The notes: generated from the letters alone by a model not told the origin. 64,000 bases of DNA from a virus (IMGVR_UViG_3300036783_000080:32001-96000); one strand, 5' to 3'; shown: positions 1 through 9,940, counted from the first letter of the stretch. Program-made: numbers and translations.

Positions 1-85
1 TATCACCCAGTTTCACTGCGACTGACAGCAAGCAAAGGTGTTTATCAAGCTCTTGACCTAAATCAGAAATATTACTCATTGACAT
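1..85 (-). CDS. Partial hypothetical protein (MSMSNISDLGQELDKHL...), runs off window start
   Basis: ATG at 85 with AAAGGAG RBS; frame open to window edge. Confidence 0.55.
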   Translation of the reverse strand, partial: MSMSNISDLGQELDKHLCLLSVAVKLGD

Positions 86-174
86 GCACTCCTTTCTGAG
101 AAGCTTCAATGAATAATGTAATATATGTATGTATGTCGTTATAAAATGAAAAAAGAGCTGGATTTCTCCAACTC

Positions 175-663
175 TCACCAAAATTTAAATATTTTCTTGA
201 CACTGTCAGGTATCTTTGGTATTGGGTCAACTTTATCTAATCGGACAAAATCCGTTAAAACTTTTGGATTATCTTTTGGAGCTTTCATAAAGTTCACGTG
301 CTCACCTACTCGCATTGAAGTATTTTTGGCCATTCTTCCAGTTCCAAAGACAACTCCACGTAAGCGGCTTGCAACTCCCTGAACCTTTTTATGGACTCTT
401 TCACGTTGGTCTTCGTTATTCCGATAGAAACCATCTATATCTCTTTCACGAAGCCGCTGGACTCTTGAAGAGTTTTGTACTGAACGCTTTTCGTCCTCAT
501 CGGTCTTCCTACGTTTTATTGGTTCTCTCTTCGTGCTCAATCCTTCTTTCTTTCTCAACGTTTCCCAAGCTTCACCCATATATTCATACGGTTTCCCTCC
601 ACGTTGTCTTGATAATTCATTCGCCAGTTTACAAACTTCAGAACGGTCTGCCACTGTGGTCAA
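175..663 (-). CDS. Hypothetical basic protein; N-terminal motif shared with 60700..61182
   Basis: AAAGGAG RBS; motif CKLANELSRQRGGKPYEYMGEAWETL. Confidence 0.75.
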   Translation of the reverse strand: MTTVADRSEVCKLANELSRQRGGKPYEYMGEAWETLRKKEGLSTKREPIKRRKTDEDEKRSVQNSSRVQRLRERDIDGFYRNNEDQRERVHKKVQGVASRLRGVVFGTGRMAKNTSMRVGEHVNFMKAPKDNPKVLTDFVRLDKVDPIPKIPDSVKKIFKFW

Positions 664-729
664 CTCCTTTATAATGGTTTTACATTATTAGCATATCCCA
701 CAGTTTGACTTTTTAGAACTAAAGAACGG

Positions 730-763
730 AAAAAAGCCACCCCAGAGCGGTAGGGTGGCTTTC
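730..763 (-). terminator. Intrinsic terminator downstream of holin
   Basis: GCCACCC/GGGTGGC stem followed by T-run on minus strand. Confidence 0.75.
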
Positions 764-867
764 TCACATAAGAGAGTTATAAAAATAATTAGCAACGGTT
801 AATCAACAATATAACTTTCTTACCAGATTATTTTAAAAGAGCGATTGGAAGAATGAGTAAGCGGAAT

Positions 868-1137
868 TTACTCAGGTTTTTTCAGCGTTAGGACTTCTGG
901 GTGGTCTGTCACGCCTTTTGTAGTTGGGTCTTGAACTAATCCTAAACTTGAGAAGATAACAAGCACAGCGTTGACTACAGTCAATACATAAGTGTTCACT
1001 TCTTCAGTCCATTGGAAGTCAGTTACACCAACCATGTTCAATCCAACTACAATAAGTTGAACCAACAGTAAGATTTGAGATACAAAAGATGTAACCCAAA
1101 GAGGATTTTGAAAACGAACTTTCCAGTTAATATTCAT
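868..1137 (-). CDS. Phage holin (phi LC3-like family)
   Basis: MNINWKVRFQNPLW start, two TM helices, LGLVQDPTTKG C-terminal signature; GAAGGGAGG RBS. Confidence 0.88.
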   Translation of the reverse strand: MNINWKVRFQNPLWVTSFVSQILLLVQLIVVGLNMVGVTDFQWTEEVNTYVLTVVNAVLVIFSSLGLVQDPTTKGVTDHPEVLTLKKPE

Positions 1138-1285
1138 TGTATATCCCTCCCTTCAAATAAGAATATCTCTTATTCTCCAGAAGATTATAAAAAGACAACA
1201 ACATGTTATAATTATTTTGGACATCTACACCACTAGAAGCAATCTTAAATTCACTTTTTATACTTAACTTAACGTGTATGAATCA

Positions 1286-1597
1286 TCAAGTATATTTTTT
1301 AGTATTCGCACGAATGTCTTCGTACTTTTTCCTTGTTGTCTCTCCGCCACGGATATGCTTATCAACTTGGCGAAATTCAAACTTGGAAACGATTTCATTA
1401 TATTCTTCAGGGTGTATATATTTAATAATTTGGTGGATATACAAGTGAACACTAGACTTGGTACGTCCAATTCTCTTTCCTGTTTGGACAAGCGTTAAAT
1501 CTTCTTCAAGTATCAAATTCATTGCCGTTATCGCAAGTGAAATTGTACTTTTAGAATGACTTTTGGGAAGCTTGTGTAGTTTTGGTAAACTTTTCAC
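1286..1597 (-). CDS. spoIIID: SpoIIID-like HTH sporulation transcription regulator
   Basis: HTH TLVQTGKRIGRTKSSVH, IHPEEYNEI and C-terminal HIRGGETTRKKY resemble B. subtilis SpoIIID (GVSKSTVH...INPDLANEV...HLRGGEATKLKY). Confidence 0.8.
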   Translation of the reverse strand: MKSLPKLHKLPKSHSKSTISLAITAMNLILEEDLTLVQTGKRIGRTKSSVHLYIHQIIKYIHPEEYNEIVSKFEFRQVDKHIRGGETTRKKYEDIRANTKKYT

Positions 1598-1632
1598 ATC
1601 TTTGTTTCTCTCCTCTCACTAACTGATTCTGT

Positions 1633-1665
1633 ATAATAAAACGTGGGTGTGCAAAAGTATACTCC
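1633..1665 (-). promoter_or_regulatory. Phage-type promoter motif GGAG..CTTTTG..TTTTATTAT upstream of spoIIID-like gene
   Basis: Same motif as 9941, 10760, 14568 etc., but without a strong hairpin. Confidence 0.5.
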
Positions 1666-1966
1666 TGGAAACATTACATATGAATTATATTATTTTAGCA
1701 AGGATATAATATATAGCACCTCTCTTAACCTATTAGCTTGAAATATGAGTTGTGAGATTGATTGACTAGTTGATTCTAAATCTCGTTTTGATAAATTATA
1801 CTCTTTACCCCTTAAACTGAAAAACTAATGTGAAATAAAAGCTTATACGTTTTGCGCAAGCAAAACATGCGTTAGCATTAACTATACCTTACTATTAATA
1901 TTACATTATTTATATTTTGTATGGGTCTGCATAAAAAATAATTTATTATTTTTTACTATACATAAC

Positions 1967-2028
1967 TATTCTTTATATTCTTTATGTACTTTATATTCTT
2001 TATATCTTTATGTTATTTATATTCTTTA
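1967..2028. repeat. Degenerate 9-bp tandem repeat TATTCTTTA x7 in an AT-rich spacer (origin-like)
   Basis: tattcttta tattcttta tgtacttta tattcttta tatcttta tgttattta tattcttta read directly. Confidence 0.8.
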
Positions 2029-2152
2029 TATTTAGCCCAAAAAACTATGCAACAGTCATACCCACATACGAACTCATGCTATGGGATTCCTACAGTCATA
2101 CTTTTTTGTAAAGAGAAAGAGCCGCTGAATTCATAGCAGCTCTCCCTGTATA

Positions 2153-2335
2153 TTACTTGAAAGACTCAACTTGACGTAGGTTAATCTGAAGTTTATTCTT
2201 CATAGCTTGGTCTTCATAAACTTCTAATACGCACATACCACCGCTTTTGTTTGAAGAGTTCACCCACGTTCTAATGTTTAATACAGGCTCTGCTGAGTAT
2301 ACTACCTTGCCTGTTGCTAATGTAATTGTAGTCAT
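2153..2335 (-). CDS. Small hypothetical protein
   Basis: AAAGGAGG RBS; terminator downstream. Confidence 0.7.
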   Translation of the reverse strand: MTTITLATGKVVYSAEPVLNIRTWVNSSNKSGGMCVLEVYEDQAMKNKLQINLRQVESFK

Positions 2336-2391
2336 ATAAAATTCCTCCTTTGTGGTTATACTTTAAAATATAAGAAAAGATGTGCAGAAAT

Positions 2392-4638
2392 TTAATCCTG
2401 CACACCGTTGAACAAAATATCTTTAATATCGCTTGAAGATAAGTTAGCACCGATTTCAGTGGAAGAGCCTGATGCGTTCTCTCCAAGAAGTTGGTCAATC
2501 ACTTGAGCCTTTTCTTGTACTTTTGCCATCTTAGTCACTTCAATCGTTCCAACCATTCTCGGTGATAAGAAAGTTGTGTATGGGTTTGGTTGACCATTAC
2601 GTGTGATACGTCCGCAACGTTGTACGTAACTTTTTGGCACCCAAGGAATATCAAGGTGAATCATTGTATGACCTCCATGTTGTAGGTTGATTCCCTCTTC
2701 TCCTGCGTTCGTACAAAGCATAACTCTGATTTTACCAGCGTTGTAAAGTTCCATCTGCTCAAAGCGGCTTTTCTCTTTCACTGAACCGTTTATCTCGCCA
2801 ATCTTAGCAGGATGGACTCCGTTTTTCACAAGGTGGTGTCTAAGTTTTTCTAGTGGGAGTTTCTTGTCACAAAAAATTATGATTCCTCTATTTTCCACAT
2901 CTTCAAGGTGAGCAAGAATCGTTTCCAAAGCCCACTCAACTTTCGGATATAATTTATCCATGTCAGCTTTATTTTTATCTTTTACTAAATCAAGGTCAAG
3001 AGCTACTTGCTCAAGTCGAGTTAACATTGCCAAGATATTTGGTGGAATAGAGTTTCCTGTAAGTTTCTGAACTTCGTTCTGAGCTTCCTTCAGTAAGGCG
3101 TTATAAAGTTTCTTCTGGTCTTTATCCATCGACAATTCAAATGTTGTATGACGTTCTTTAGGAAGTGCTGCTTCAACGTCTTTACTGCTATGAGTACGAA
3201 TCATAACAATTTCTTTCATCTTTTCACGAAGCTCTTTCAAGTCTTTAAATCCAACAGGAGATTCAATGTATTTAACGCCAGTCCATACGGTTTCTGTTTC
3301 AACGAAGTCTCTGCAGAAGTCCCACCAATGTCCAACTTTCTTTTCCTGTACGTTACTTAACATTGTGTGAGTTTCTTTTGGCTTACCATTAGGGAATGGA
3401 GTTGCTGTAAGAGACCAAGCATATTTAGCAGCTCCCCAGTACTGTCTGAACGCCTTCGTTGATTTCGTTGTGATACTTTTCAGCTTGTGTCCTTCATCAG
3501 TTATAATCAAATCAGGACAAAGCTTTACAAGTTCAGTTGCTATTTCATCTTTTCTAATCATCTCATAGTTTACAATCAGGAAAGAACTTTCAGCCGCCGC
3601 TTTCCAAGTCTTCTCTGCTTTCTTCCCTCTTAAATCTTCAGAGTTCATAACCAAAGCTGTTTCATCAGTGAACTTCGTGATTTCCTTTTCCCACCCACGC
3701 TTTACAGATTTTGGAGCGACAACAAGAACTTTCTTCACTTCACCTTTATTCAAAAGATACTTCGCTGCCGTGATAGCAGTTAATGTTTTACCTAAACCAA
3801 CCGCAAACCCAAGAATCGTTCTTCTGTTACTTAGAAGGAACTCAACGCCTGTTTTCTGATACTGGAATAAATTAAGTTCTTTTGACATACCTTTCGGCAT
3901 TTTGAATTTAACTTTCTCAACTTTGTACTTCATCTTTTCGGCTTTCGTGTTTATGTTCTCAAAGTTAATGTTTTCAAGAACTCGTTTCACCGCTGGTGCG
4001 ATAACTTTTGAAATCTCTATATTCTTGAATACTTTGAAAGCATCTAAAAGTTGACTGAATGGAATGTACCATTTCTTAGTTCCGTGATAGTCAAACCGTC
4101 CATTCAATAAATCTTTAACCAATCCTTTATCTTCAAACGCAACGTCAACCAAAATGTAATGGCCACCGTCCCATTGTTTCATATTGTCGATAAATAACAT
4201 TCTCATATATCCCGTAGCCGCTACAGGTTTGCCATATTGATTTATAGTTTGTTGAAATCCTTTTCCAATGACAATCGTGCCATCTGACTCTTCTTTATAA
4301 GTTCTTTCTACGTTTGTAAGAAAACTTTCCATTCTGCTTGTCGAGTTTTCAACCTCTGGAACTCTAATCTCATTTTTAACTTCTTCTACAGGTTGAGGTT
4401 TAAAGTCAACAGGAGACTCAAAACTAACAATGAAAACGTTTCCCTTTGATATATGTTTATTAATAGCCATTGCACATCTCATCCATTTAACTTTAAATGT
4501 TTCACTATCTTTCCAAGTTAACCCAGAATTAATCGCAATCGTCATTATTCGCTCTCTATCCTCTGTTTTTAACTTCTTACAGAACTGCTTAAATTCCTTA
4601 GTTGTATCAAACCGTTTTAAGCTTAGTGTTGAAATCAT
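2392..4638 (-). CDS. SNF2/SWI2-family SF2 helicase/translocase with N-terminal extension
   Basis: LFQYQKTGV, GLGKT (Walker A), DEGH (Walker B), LTATPFPN, GEEGINLQ, QRCGRITRNGQ motifs. Confidence 0.92.
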   Translation of the reverse strand: MISTLSLKRFDTTKEFKQFCKKLKTEDRERIMTIAINSGLTWKDSETFKVKWMRCAMAINKHISKGNVFIVSFESPVDFKPQPVEEVKNEIRVPEVENSTSRMESFLTNVERTYKEESDGTIVIGKGFQQTINQYGKPVAATGYMRMLFIDNMKQWDGGHYILVDVAFEDKGLVKDLLNGRFDYHGTKKWYIPFSQLLDAFKVFKNIEISKVIAPAVKRVLENINFENINTKAEKMKYKVEKVKFKMPKGMSKELNLFQYQKTGVEFLLSNRRTILGFAVGLGKTLTAITAAKYLLNKGEVKKVLVVAPKSVKRGWEKEITKFTDETALVMNSEDLRGKKAEKTWKAAAESSFLIVNYEMIRKDEIATELVKLCPDLIITDEGHKLKSITTKSTKAFRQYWGAAKYAWSLTATPFPNGKPKETHTMLSNVQEKKVGHWWDFCRDFVETETVWTGVKYIESPVGFKDLKELREKMKEIVMIRTHSSKDVEAALPKERHTTFELSMDKDQKKLYNALLKEAQNEVQKLTGNSIPPNILAMLTRLEQVALDLDLVKDKNKADMDKLYPKVEWALETILAHLEDVENRGIIIFCDKKLPLEKLRHHLVKNGVHPAKIGEINGSVKEKSRFEQMELYNAGKIRVMLCTNAGEEGINLQHGGHTMIHLDIPWVPKSYVQRCGRITRNGQPNPYTTFLSPRMVGTIEVTKMAKVQEKAQVIDQLLGENASGSSTEIGANLSSSDIKDILFNGVQD

Positions 4639-4738
4639 TTTTATAACTCCTTTCGCACTCTCTATTATTTATATTATCCTAAAACAAGAAAGGTTATTCT
4701 TGTTGATTATCTGTTGTCCGTTGTTAATGCTTATCCCT

Positions 4739-4767
4739 ATCATAGTAAAAGATATTCCAATAGTCAA
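4739..4767 (-). promoter_or_regulatory. SigA-type early promoter
   Basis: TTGACT(ATTGG)-17-TATGAT. Confidence 0.7.
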
Positions 4768-4802
4768 GAGAATATTACTAGAAAATAAAAAGAATCCCCA
4801 CT

Positions 4803-5318
4803 CTATGACAGGGATTCATGCAACTCTCTCGTTAACTGGCCAATCAAATCATCTGTAATCTCCAGCTTGTAGCCTTCTGTTTTGTCAACTTCTTTTTTCG
4901 GAACAGGTTTTTTCTTTGGTGTGGAATCCCCTACTTCTATGTAATCCCCTGTTTCCTCAATTTCAATATGAGCTTTTGGCAACCATCCCTCAAATTTAAC
5001 CTTACTCATTTTCTCTTTTAACTCTTCAACGAATGCTTCCAAGTCAGCTTCAGATTTTAACGGATTCATGTGGAAGTGTCCTCCGCAAACTGGACCAATT
5101 CCGTATAGTAAAGATACTGGGTTTGTAATTTGTCTCCCGCAGTGTAAACAAGATGACGCTGGTTCTGGCTTCCCTTGTAACTTGACATAGTACGCTCTTT
5201 CTGATTCTCTTTCAATGACGCCGAACATCGTGCGAAGTGGAACTGGGTTTGATTGACTCTTCGTCAAAAACTGTCTCACTGTGATTCGATATTCTTTTAC
5301 TCTCTCTATAACCGCCAT
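4803..5318 (-). CDS. DUF6011-like zinc-ribbon protein
   Basis: CLHCGRQITNPVSLLYGIGPVC signature. Confidence 0.75.
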   Translation of the reverse strand: MAVIERVKEYRITVRQFLTKSQSNPVPLRTMFGVIERESERAYYVKLQGKPEPASSCLHCGRQITNPVSLLYGIGPVCGGHFHMNPLKSEADLEAFVEELKEKMSKVKFEGWLPKAHIEIEETGDYIEVGDSTPKKKPVPKKEVDKTEGYKLEITDDLIGQLTRELHESLS

Positions 5319-5351
5319 ATTTTTATTCCCCTTTATTCAGTTGATAAGTAA

Positions 5352-5380
5352 ATCATAGTGGTTTCTTTACCAATAGTCAA
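5352..5380 (-). promoter_or_regulatory. SigA-type early promoter
   Basis: TTGACT(ATTGG)-17-TATGAT. Confidence 0.7.
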
Positions 5381-5589
5381 GAGGAAAATTTAAAATATTC
5401 ACAAGCCATCAATCTTTTGTGCAAGTCTTGGAGTTTTTCTTTGTGAAAATCAATATTCTTGTTATCCTTCTTCTCCATTGCTTTGTGTAGCTCTGAAAGA
5501 TGAGTATCAACATAAAACAGATATTGTGTCACTTGGTCTTCCACAATGTGAGTTGTTTTCATTAACCGATTGAAGTCACCAGCTTTCAT
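5377..5589 (-). CDS. Small helical hypothetical protein
   Basis: GGAGGTG RBS before ATG at 5589. Confidence 0.7.
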   Translation of the reverse strand: MKAGDFNRLMKTTHIVEDQVTQYLFYVDTHLSELHKAMEKKDNKNIDFHKEKLQDLHKRLMACEYFKFSS

Positions 5590-5714
5590 TTTTAACACCT
5601 CCAAGTTTATTTCCTAATAAAAGGATAATTGTTCAAAATATCTTCCTGGAAGTGTTAAGTTTTTAGAAAATTCTAAAATAAAAAGGCTGAGCAAGAGCGC
5701 CCAGCCTTGAGAAC

Positions 5715-5897
5715 TTACTTATTAATTTTGAATGTCCGACAATTTCTGTTATTCATTTTCACTTTTAATTTATATGAAGTCATATTGTTGCTGGCGTTCT
5801 GTTCATGCATTATCCCTGCTAACTGTTCTGCAATCTTTTCATTCGCCGCTACCATTCCAATCATATTTCCTTTAATCTCGGTTACAAATCTTTTCAT
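5715..5897 (-). CDS. Small hypothetical protein
   Basis: AAGGAGG RBS; terminator at ~5680-5707. Confidence 0.7.
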   Translation of the reverse strand: MKRFVTEIKGNMIGMVAANEKIAEQLAGIMHEQNASNNMTSYKLKVKMNNRNCRTFKINK

Positions 5898-6008
5898 TGT
5901 AATTCCTCCTTGGTGTTTGGTTTCTTGGTGTTTCTTTCTCTCTATGCTATAATATATGTATCAACGCTCTTGGTTAGAACTAAATAAAAAGAAAAGATGA
6001 GAATTTTC

Positions 6009-6245
6009 TCATCTTTCATAGAAGTGTATTTTCTTCCCAGTATCTGTCCCACAGTTGTAGTAATAGAACTCATTCAAGTATTTCTCCATCTTGTCAATGT
6101 CATTGAACTCAACGCTTGCGCACATGTTAAATGGAGTGTCATTAGGATAGAACTTGGATGGACAAACATAACCCAACCAAGTTTCACCTCTCTTTATTTT
6201 CGCTTTAATCTGTCCTTTTGTAACCTTCTTCAATGTTGTTGTCAT
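6009..6245 (-). CDS. Hypothetical protein
   Basis: ATGA overlap with upstream gene. Confidence 0.7.
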   Translation of the reverse strand: MTTTLKKVTKGQIKAKIKRGETWLGYVCPSKFYPNDTPFNMCASVEFNDIDKMEKYLNEFYYYNCGTDTGKKIHFYER

Positions 6246-7117
6246 CCTTCAATCTCTCCTTTCGGTGATTGGAACTGTTTGCCATTTTTGAATCCTTCTT
6301 GCGCAGCTTCTGCGTTTGTACTAACTTTTGCCGATGTAGTGGACTTCTTATTGAATGTCATACTTTCAAACGCTTCAACAACTTCAGAATCTTTCTGTAA
6401 CACAAGTCCCCATTCTTGGTTCTTCTCCTTCTGTTCTTCAAACGCCGCTCTTAATCCTTTGATGAAACCGTTGATGTAAGCATTTTTAACTGTTGTGTTG
6501 TTTACTTTCAGATTGAAAAGTTCTTTTACATACATTGTAAGCTGCATACGGTACGTTCTTGGCTCAGGGAACTTCAATTGTAGCTCTTTAATCTTGTTCT
6601 TACCAAATGTTCTCTTGTTAGAAGCAGTAAATTTAGTAACAACAAAATCTTCAAGTTCCTCTGTAGTCATTTTCTTCAGTTTGTCAACATCCAATCCAAC
6701 CTTCATAGCCGCTTCTTTCTTATGTTTTTCAAGGTACTTCTTGGACTGATATTCGATTGCTTTCTTTGCGTACTCATAAACAGATAATGCGATTGTTGTG
6801 TCTTCTTCTTTTCCTAAAAATACAATACGTTGTTTTCTTGTACCAGTTTCAAGATAAACATAGCAGCGGAAGTTTTCCCCTAATACTACAGCCAACTGTC
6901 CTGTCCACCATTTTGTAACTTCCATTTGAGTTCGGTTGTCAATAACTTTGTTTAATGTAGCTCCACCGTCAACGTCAGTCATTGACAACCCTTGTTCCGC
7001 CATTAGCTGTTGAGCTTTTAACATAGCCGCCTTTGCTTCCTGCTCGTTTGGGTTGTTCCCTGCTAATGCTAATAACTTCTTAATCCTTCTCATTGAACTC
7101 TCTTTTGCTTTTTCCAT
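6242..7117 (-). CDS. DUF2786-domain protein
   Basis: IKKLLALAGNNPNEQEAKAAMLKAQQLMAEQGL; start moved to ATG 7117 with AAGGAGCGG RBS. Confidence 0.85.
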   Translation of the reverse strand: MEKAKESSMRRIKKLLALAGNNPNEQEAKAAMLKAQQLMAEQGLSMTDVDGGATLNKVIDNRTQMEVTKWWTGQLAVVLGENFRCYVYLETGTRKQRIVFLGKEEDTTIALSVYEYAKKAIEYQSKKYLEKHKKEAAMKVGLDVDKLKKMTTEELEDFVVTKFTASNKRTFGKNKIKELQLKFPEPRTYRMQLTMYVKELFNLKVNNTTVKNAYINGFIKGLRAAFEEQKEKNQEWGLVLQKDSEVVEAFESMTFNKKSTTSAKVSTNAEAAQEGFKNGKQFQSPKGEIEG

Positions 7118-7120
7118 TTT

Positions 7121-7189
7121 AACCGCTCCTTTTTCCACTTGGTAATTGTCTTGCAAGTTAATCATAGTATAGTATACTCCAATAGTCAA
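7121..7189 (-). promoter_or_regulatory. SigA early promoter plus conserved leader
   Basis: TTGACTATTGG..17..TATGAT, then TAACTTGCAAGA..CCAAGTGGAAAAAGGAGCGGTT. Confidence 0.75.
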
Positions 7190-7192
7190 GGA

Positions 7193-7453
7193 TTATTCCA
7201 CAGAAATATTTTCTTCAACGATAATATTGTTTATATCAACGTATTCTTGTAAATAAATCATATTGGCCAGAATCTCATCAATCGTATCTACAAGTGTTTC
7301 ATACACTTCTCTCTGGTCAAGTTGGTATTGCGTTTCTAAAGGCTCTTGAAGATATAGAAGAAACAACTTTGTCAAAACAAACTTTCTAAGAGTTAACATC
7401 GTCAAAGCATAATCATCTTGAAATAAAAATAGGAACTTATCAGTTGAACGCAT
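7193..7453 (-). CDS. Hypothetical protein
   Basis: AAGGAGG RBS. Confidence 0.7.
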   Translation of the reverse strand: MRSTDKFLFLFQDDYALTMLTLRKFVLTKLFLLYLQEPLETQYQLDQREVYETLVDTIDEILANMIYLQEYVDINNIIVEENISVE

Positions 7454-7520
7454 AAATATCTCCTCCTTAATGGATTTAATAAATGATACGCTACTCTGAC
7501 AAGTCCCTATTCCTAATCAA

Positions 7521-7892
7521 TTATAATAACCATTTTCCAGTTGCAATAAAGGAGATAATCACCGCAGCAAGTTTTAAGATGTCGATGATGATTCCTCTCC
7601 ATCCTTGCTCCTTGTCTACCTTTTCCGCAATCTTTGAAACATCTTCTTTTAACTCACGTTGACTCTCCAAGAAGTTACTGAACATAATTTCGATTCTGTC
7701 ATTGAATGATGCAACTTCATCTACTTGTTCATTTAACTTCTCGAATTTGGTCTCAACCTTTTGTTGGAACTCTTTATGTTCCTTTTTGATTTCCTTGAAC
7801 CCTTCCTTCTGAGACTCTTTAATCTCATGAAGCTCTGTCTCTAATTGTTCAAGACGTTGATTAATAAGAGCAACGTTGAATTCTTCCCTCAT
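7521..7892 (-). CDS. Coiled-coil protein with C-terminal TM anchor
   Basis: Heptad-rich body, hydrophobic IIIDILKLAAVIISFIATGKWLL end. Confidence 0.75.
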   Translation of the reverse strand: MREEFNVALINQRLEQLETELHEIKESQKEGFKEIKKEHKEFQQKVETKFEKLNEQVDEVASFNDRIEIMFSNFLESQRELKEDVSKIAEKVDKEQGWRGIIIDILKLAAVIISFIATGKWLL

Positions 7893-8377
7893 GACAACTC
7901 ACCAACCTCTCTGAAAGCATAAAAAGCTTGTAGAGCAAACACGGCATAGATGACTGAGCTCATGTTCATGTTATTTGCTCCCAGTAAAAAGAAACCTGCT
8001 GAAATTGAAGAATAGACAATTGCACTGAACATTAAACTTCCTCTGCGTAGGTGTTTATGTCCTTTGAAGATACCATATAAGGATATTGTACCATTCAAAC
8101 CAAATAACGTTCCCCAATGGTAAGGCTCTGAGAATGACGCAAGCATATCTGGGAATGAATCCAGTGCGTTTGTCTTCGTAAACAGAACGGCAGCCGCCCA
8201 GAAGGAGATAATCACAAGACTCAATTCAAGTATAACAGATGCATTAACACGTTCTCTTTTTCTTGCTGCTGCAAATAGCTCTCGTTGTTGTTTTAACTCT
8301 TCAACTTCCATTTCTACTTTTTGTAGTTTCTTAATTACTTCTTTTTCTTCTGTTTTGTTACACATCTTATAACACAC
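7889..8377 (-). CDS. Multi-TM membrane protein
   Basis: About four hydrophobic segments; ATGA overlap with next gene. Confidence 0.75.
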   Translation of the reverse strand: MCYKMCNKTEEKEVIKKLQKVEMEVEELKQQRELFAAARKRERVNASVILELSLVIISFWAAAVLFTKTNALDSFPDMLASFSEPYHWGTLFGLNGTISLYGIFKGHKHLRRGSLMFSAIVYSSISAGFFLLGANNMNMSSVIYAVFALQAFYAFREVGELS

Positions 8378-8455
8378 CTTTCTGTTTAACGTAATTGCAA
8401 CTACAAAAAAGAATCCTACAAATCAGAATATTGTAGGATTCCAGTTGTGATAATA

Positions 8456-9436
8456 TTATGGTAAGAATTTAAATAAATCTGGGTTTGTAAGGATGTGAGT
8501 TATTTCATTGACTTGGTTATCTGTTATCTTTGTTCCAGCTGCTGGGGGATGTCCGCCACCACTCTCATGGAACATTTTCGCTACTTGTCCAAGGTCAATA
8601 TCAACAGCTTCACGTCTTCGCAAGCTCATTGTACCATAACCAATGTTAACCATAATGACAAAATCAATATCGCGATTCTCGTCACAAATTACATTACCCG
8701 TTTCTGAATGGTATGATTCGTTGAAGATAAGTCCAACATGATATTTATTGCCTTCAAGTTCAATGTCCATCTTTTTAAGTTCTTTAGACTTCTGTTTGAT
8801 ATGACGTTTAATACGTTTTTCTTCAAGTTCCAACAAACGCTGTTCTGTATGACTAAACTGAATATCTGGATTCTTCCAGAAACGTTCTTCAAAGTCCCAA
8901 AGTCCTACAATCTGAAGAAGGTCATTCAGTTGTTTGGCAACTTCGTTACCGTAAACATTTTTCCACTCCCAAGAATCGTACATGCGGACATGCTCAACGA
9001 ACTCTGCCAGGAAAGTATTGCTGCTTGCTTCGTCACTAGGGAACAAACTAATAAGAGTCTCATATAACAAGTTTGTTCCGCTTGTAATCTGATTTCTGTT
9101 TTCCTTATAGTTAGGTTGAACAGGAGTAACAGAAGCCCAATCATATTCGTTTAGCCATTCAGCGGTTTTGTGATGGTCAACTAACATGAACTTTGTAGCG
9201 GATTCAAATTCGATTAAGTCGGCCACTTCTTTATCAACAGAGATATCAGTTATGAATACTACGTCATAATTTTTGATTTCTCCTGATAAAATGAACTCTT
9301 TAACCTTCTCATTGATTTTCCCATAGGAACAATATTCAACATCTAACTGCTTTTGGAAGTAATGTCTTGCTACTATTGCACAACCAACTCCATCTAAGTC
9401 AGTGTGAGTAAATTGTTTAGCCTTGAATAATGTCAT
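8456..9436 (-). CDS. DHH/DHHA1 phosphoesterase (NrnB-like nanoRNase/oligonucleotide PDE)
   Basis: THTDLDG, ITDIS, VDHH, SLR, GGGHPPAAG motifs. Confidence 0.9.
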   Translation of the reverse strand: MTLFKAKQFTHTDLDGVGCAIVARHYFQKQLDVEYCSYGKINEKVKEFILSGEIKNYDVVFITDISVDKEVADLIEFESATKFMLVDHHKTAEWLNEYDWASVTPVQPNYKENRNQITSGTNLLYETLISLFPSDEASSNTFLAEFVEHVRMYDSWEWKNVYGNEVAKQLNDLLQIVGLWDFEERFWKNPDIQFSHTEQRLLELEEKRIKRHIKQKSKELKKMDIELEGNKYHVGLIFNESYHSETGNVICDENRDIDFVIMVNIGYGTMSLRRREAVDIDLGQVAKMFHESGGGHPPAAGTKITDNQVNEITHILTNPDLFKFLP

Positions 9437-9920
9437 TTTCTGATTCTCCTTGTCCGTTAATTGATTTCCAAATGTCTACTGCGTTGTATTGAGATTTTCT
9501 TGTAATCTCTTCGCCAAACCAAACAGGAGGTGTGAAATGTTCAGCTTCCTCTACTGTCTTAAATTCAACTTCAACTACAACAAGTGAAGTATCGTGGAAG
9601 AATCTATCAATTTCTGCAATCTTCCCATTCTCTAATTCAACCTCATACCTTACTTTCTCAAGAGGTTCATGTTGAGATAACTCAACCAGTCTGTTGTAAG
9701 TATGTTCAGTGATTGGAACTTCTGTTTCTCTTCGCTCCAACCCTTTGCCTCTTTTAACGGTTAAATTGTATTTAATAATAGCTCCAGAAACTGTCTTTCT
9801 GACACGAACTTCCTCAAACCCTGTAACGATGAACTGCTGGTTAATCAATTTAAATCTGACAGTGTCAACGCCTTCAGGAATCCCGTCAAGCTTGAAACGT
9901 CTTTCAATTTCTTTTCCCAT
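9417..9920 (-). CDS. CYTH (triphosphate tunnel metalloenzyme/class IV adenylate cyclase-like) protein
   Basis: EIERRF, RVRK, LTVK, RRETE, EKVRY, EID, VVEVEF, PVWFGEEIT. Confidence 0.9.
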   Translation of the reverse strand: MGKEIERRFKLDGIPEGVDTVRFKLINQQFIVTGFEEVRVRKTVSGAIIKYNLTVKRGKGLERRETEVPITEHTYNRLVELSQHEPLEKVRYEVELENGKIAEIDRFFHDTSLVVVEVEFKTVEEAEHFTPPVWFGEEITRKSQYNAVDIWKSINGQGESENDIIQG

Positions 9921-9940
9921 TCGTTCTACCACCTTTCAAC

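Noticed and set aside
2392-4638. SNF2 gene as a DISARM or Zorya-type defence helicase
   Set aside because: No cognate methylase, nuclease or partner genes nearby; the context is phage early genes.
7118-7189. N-terminal extension of the 315-aa ORF 6242..7189
   Set aside because: The TTG 'start' is the -35 box of the promoter. The RBS supports ATG at 7117.
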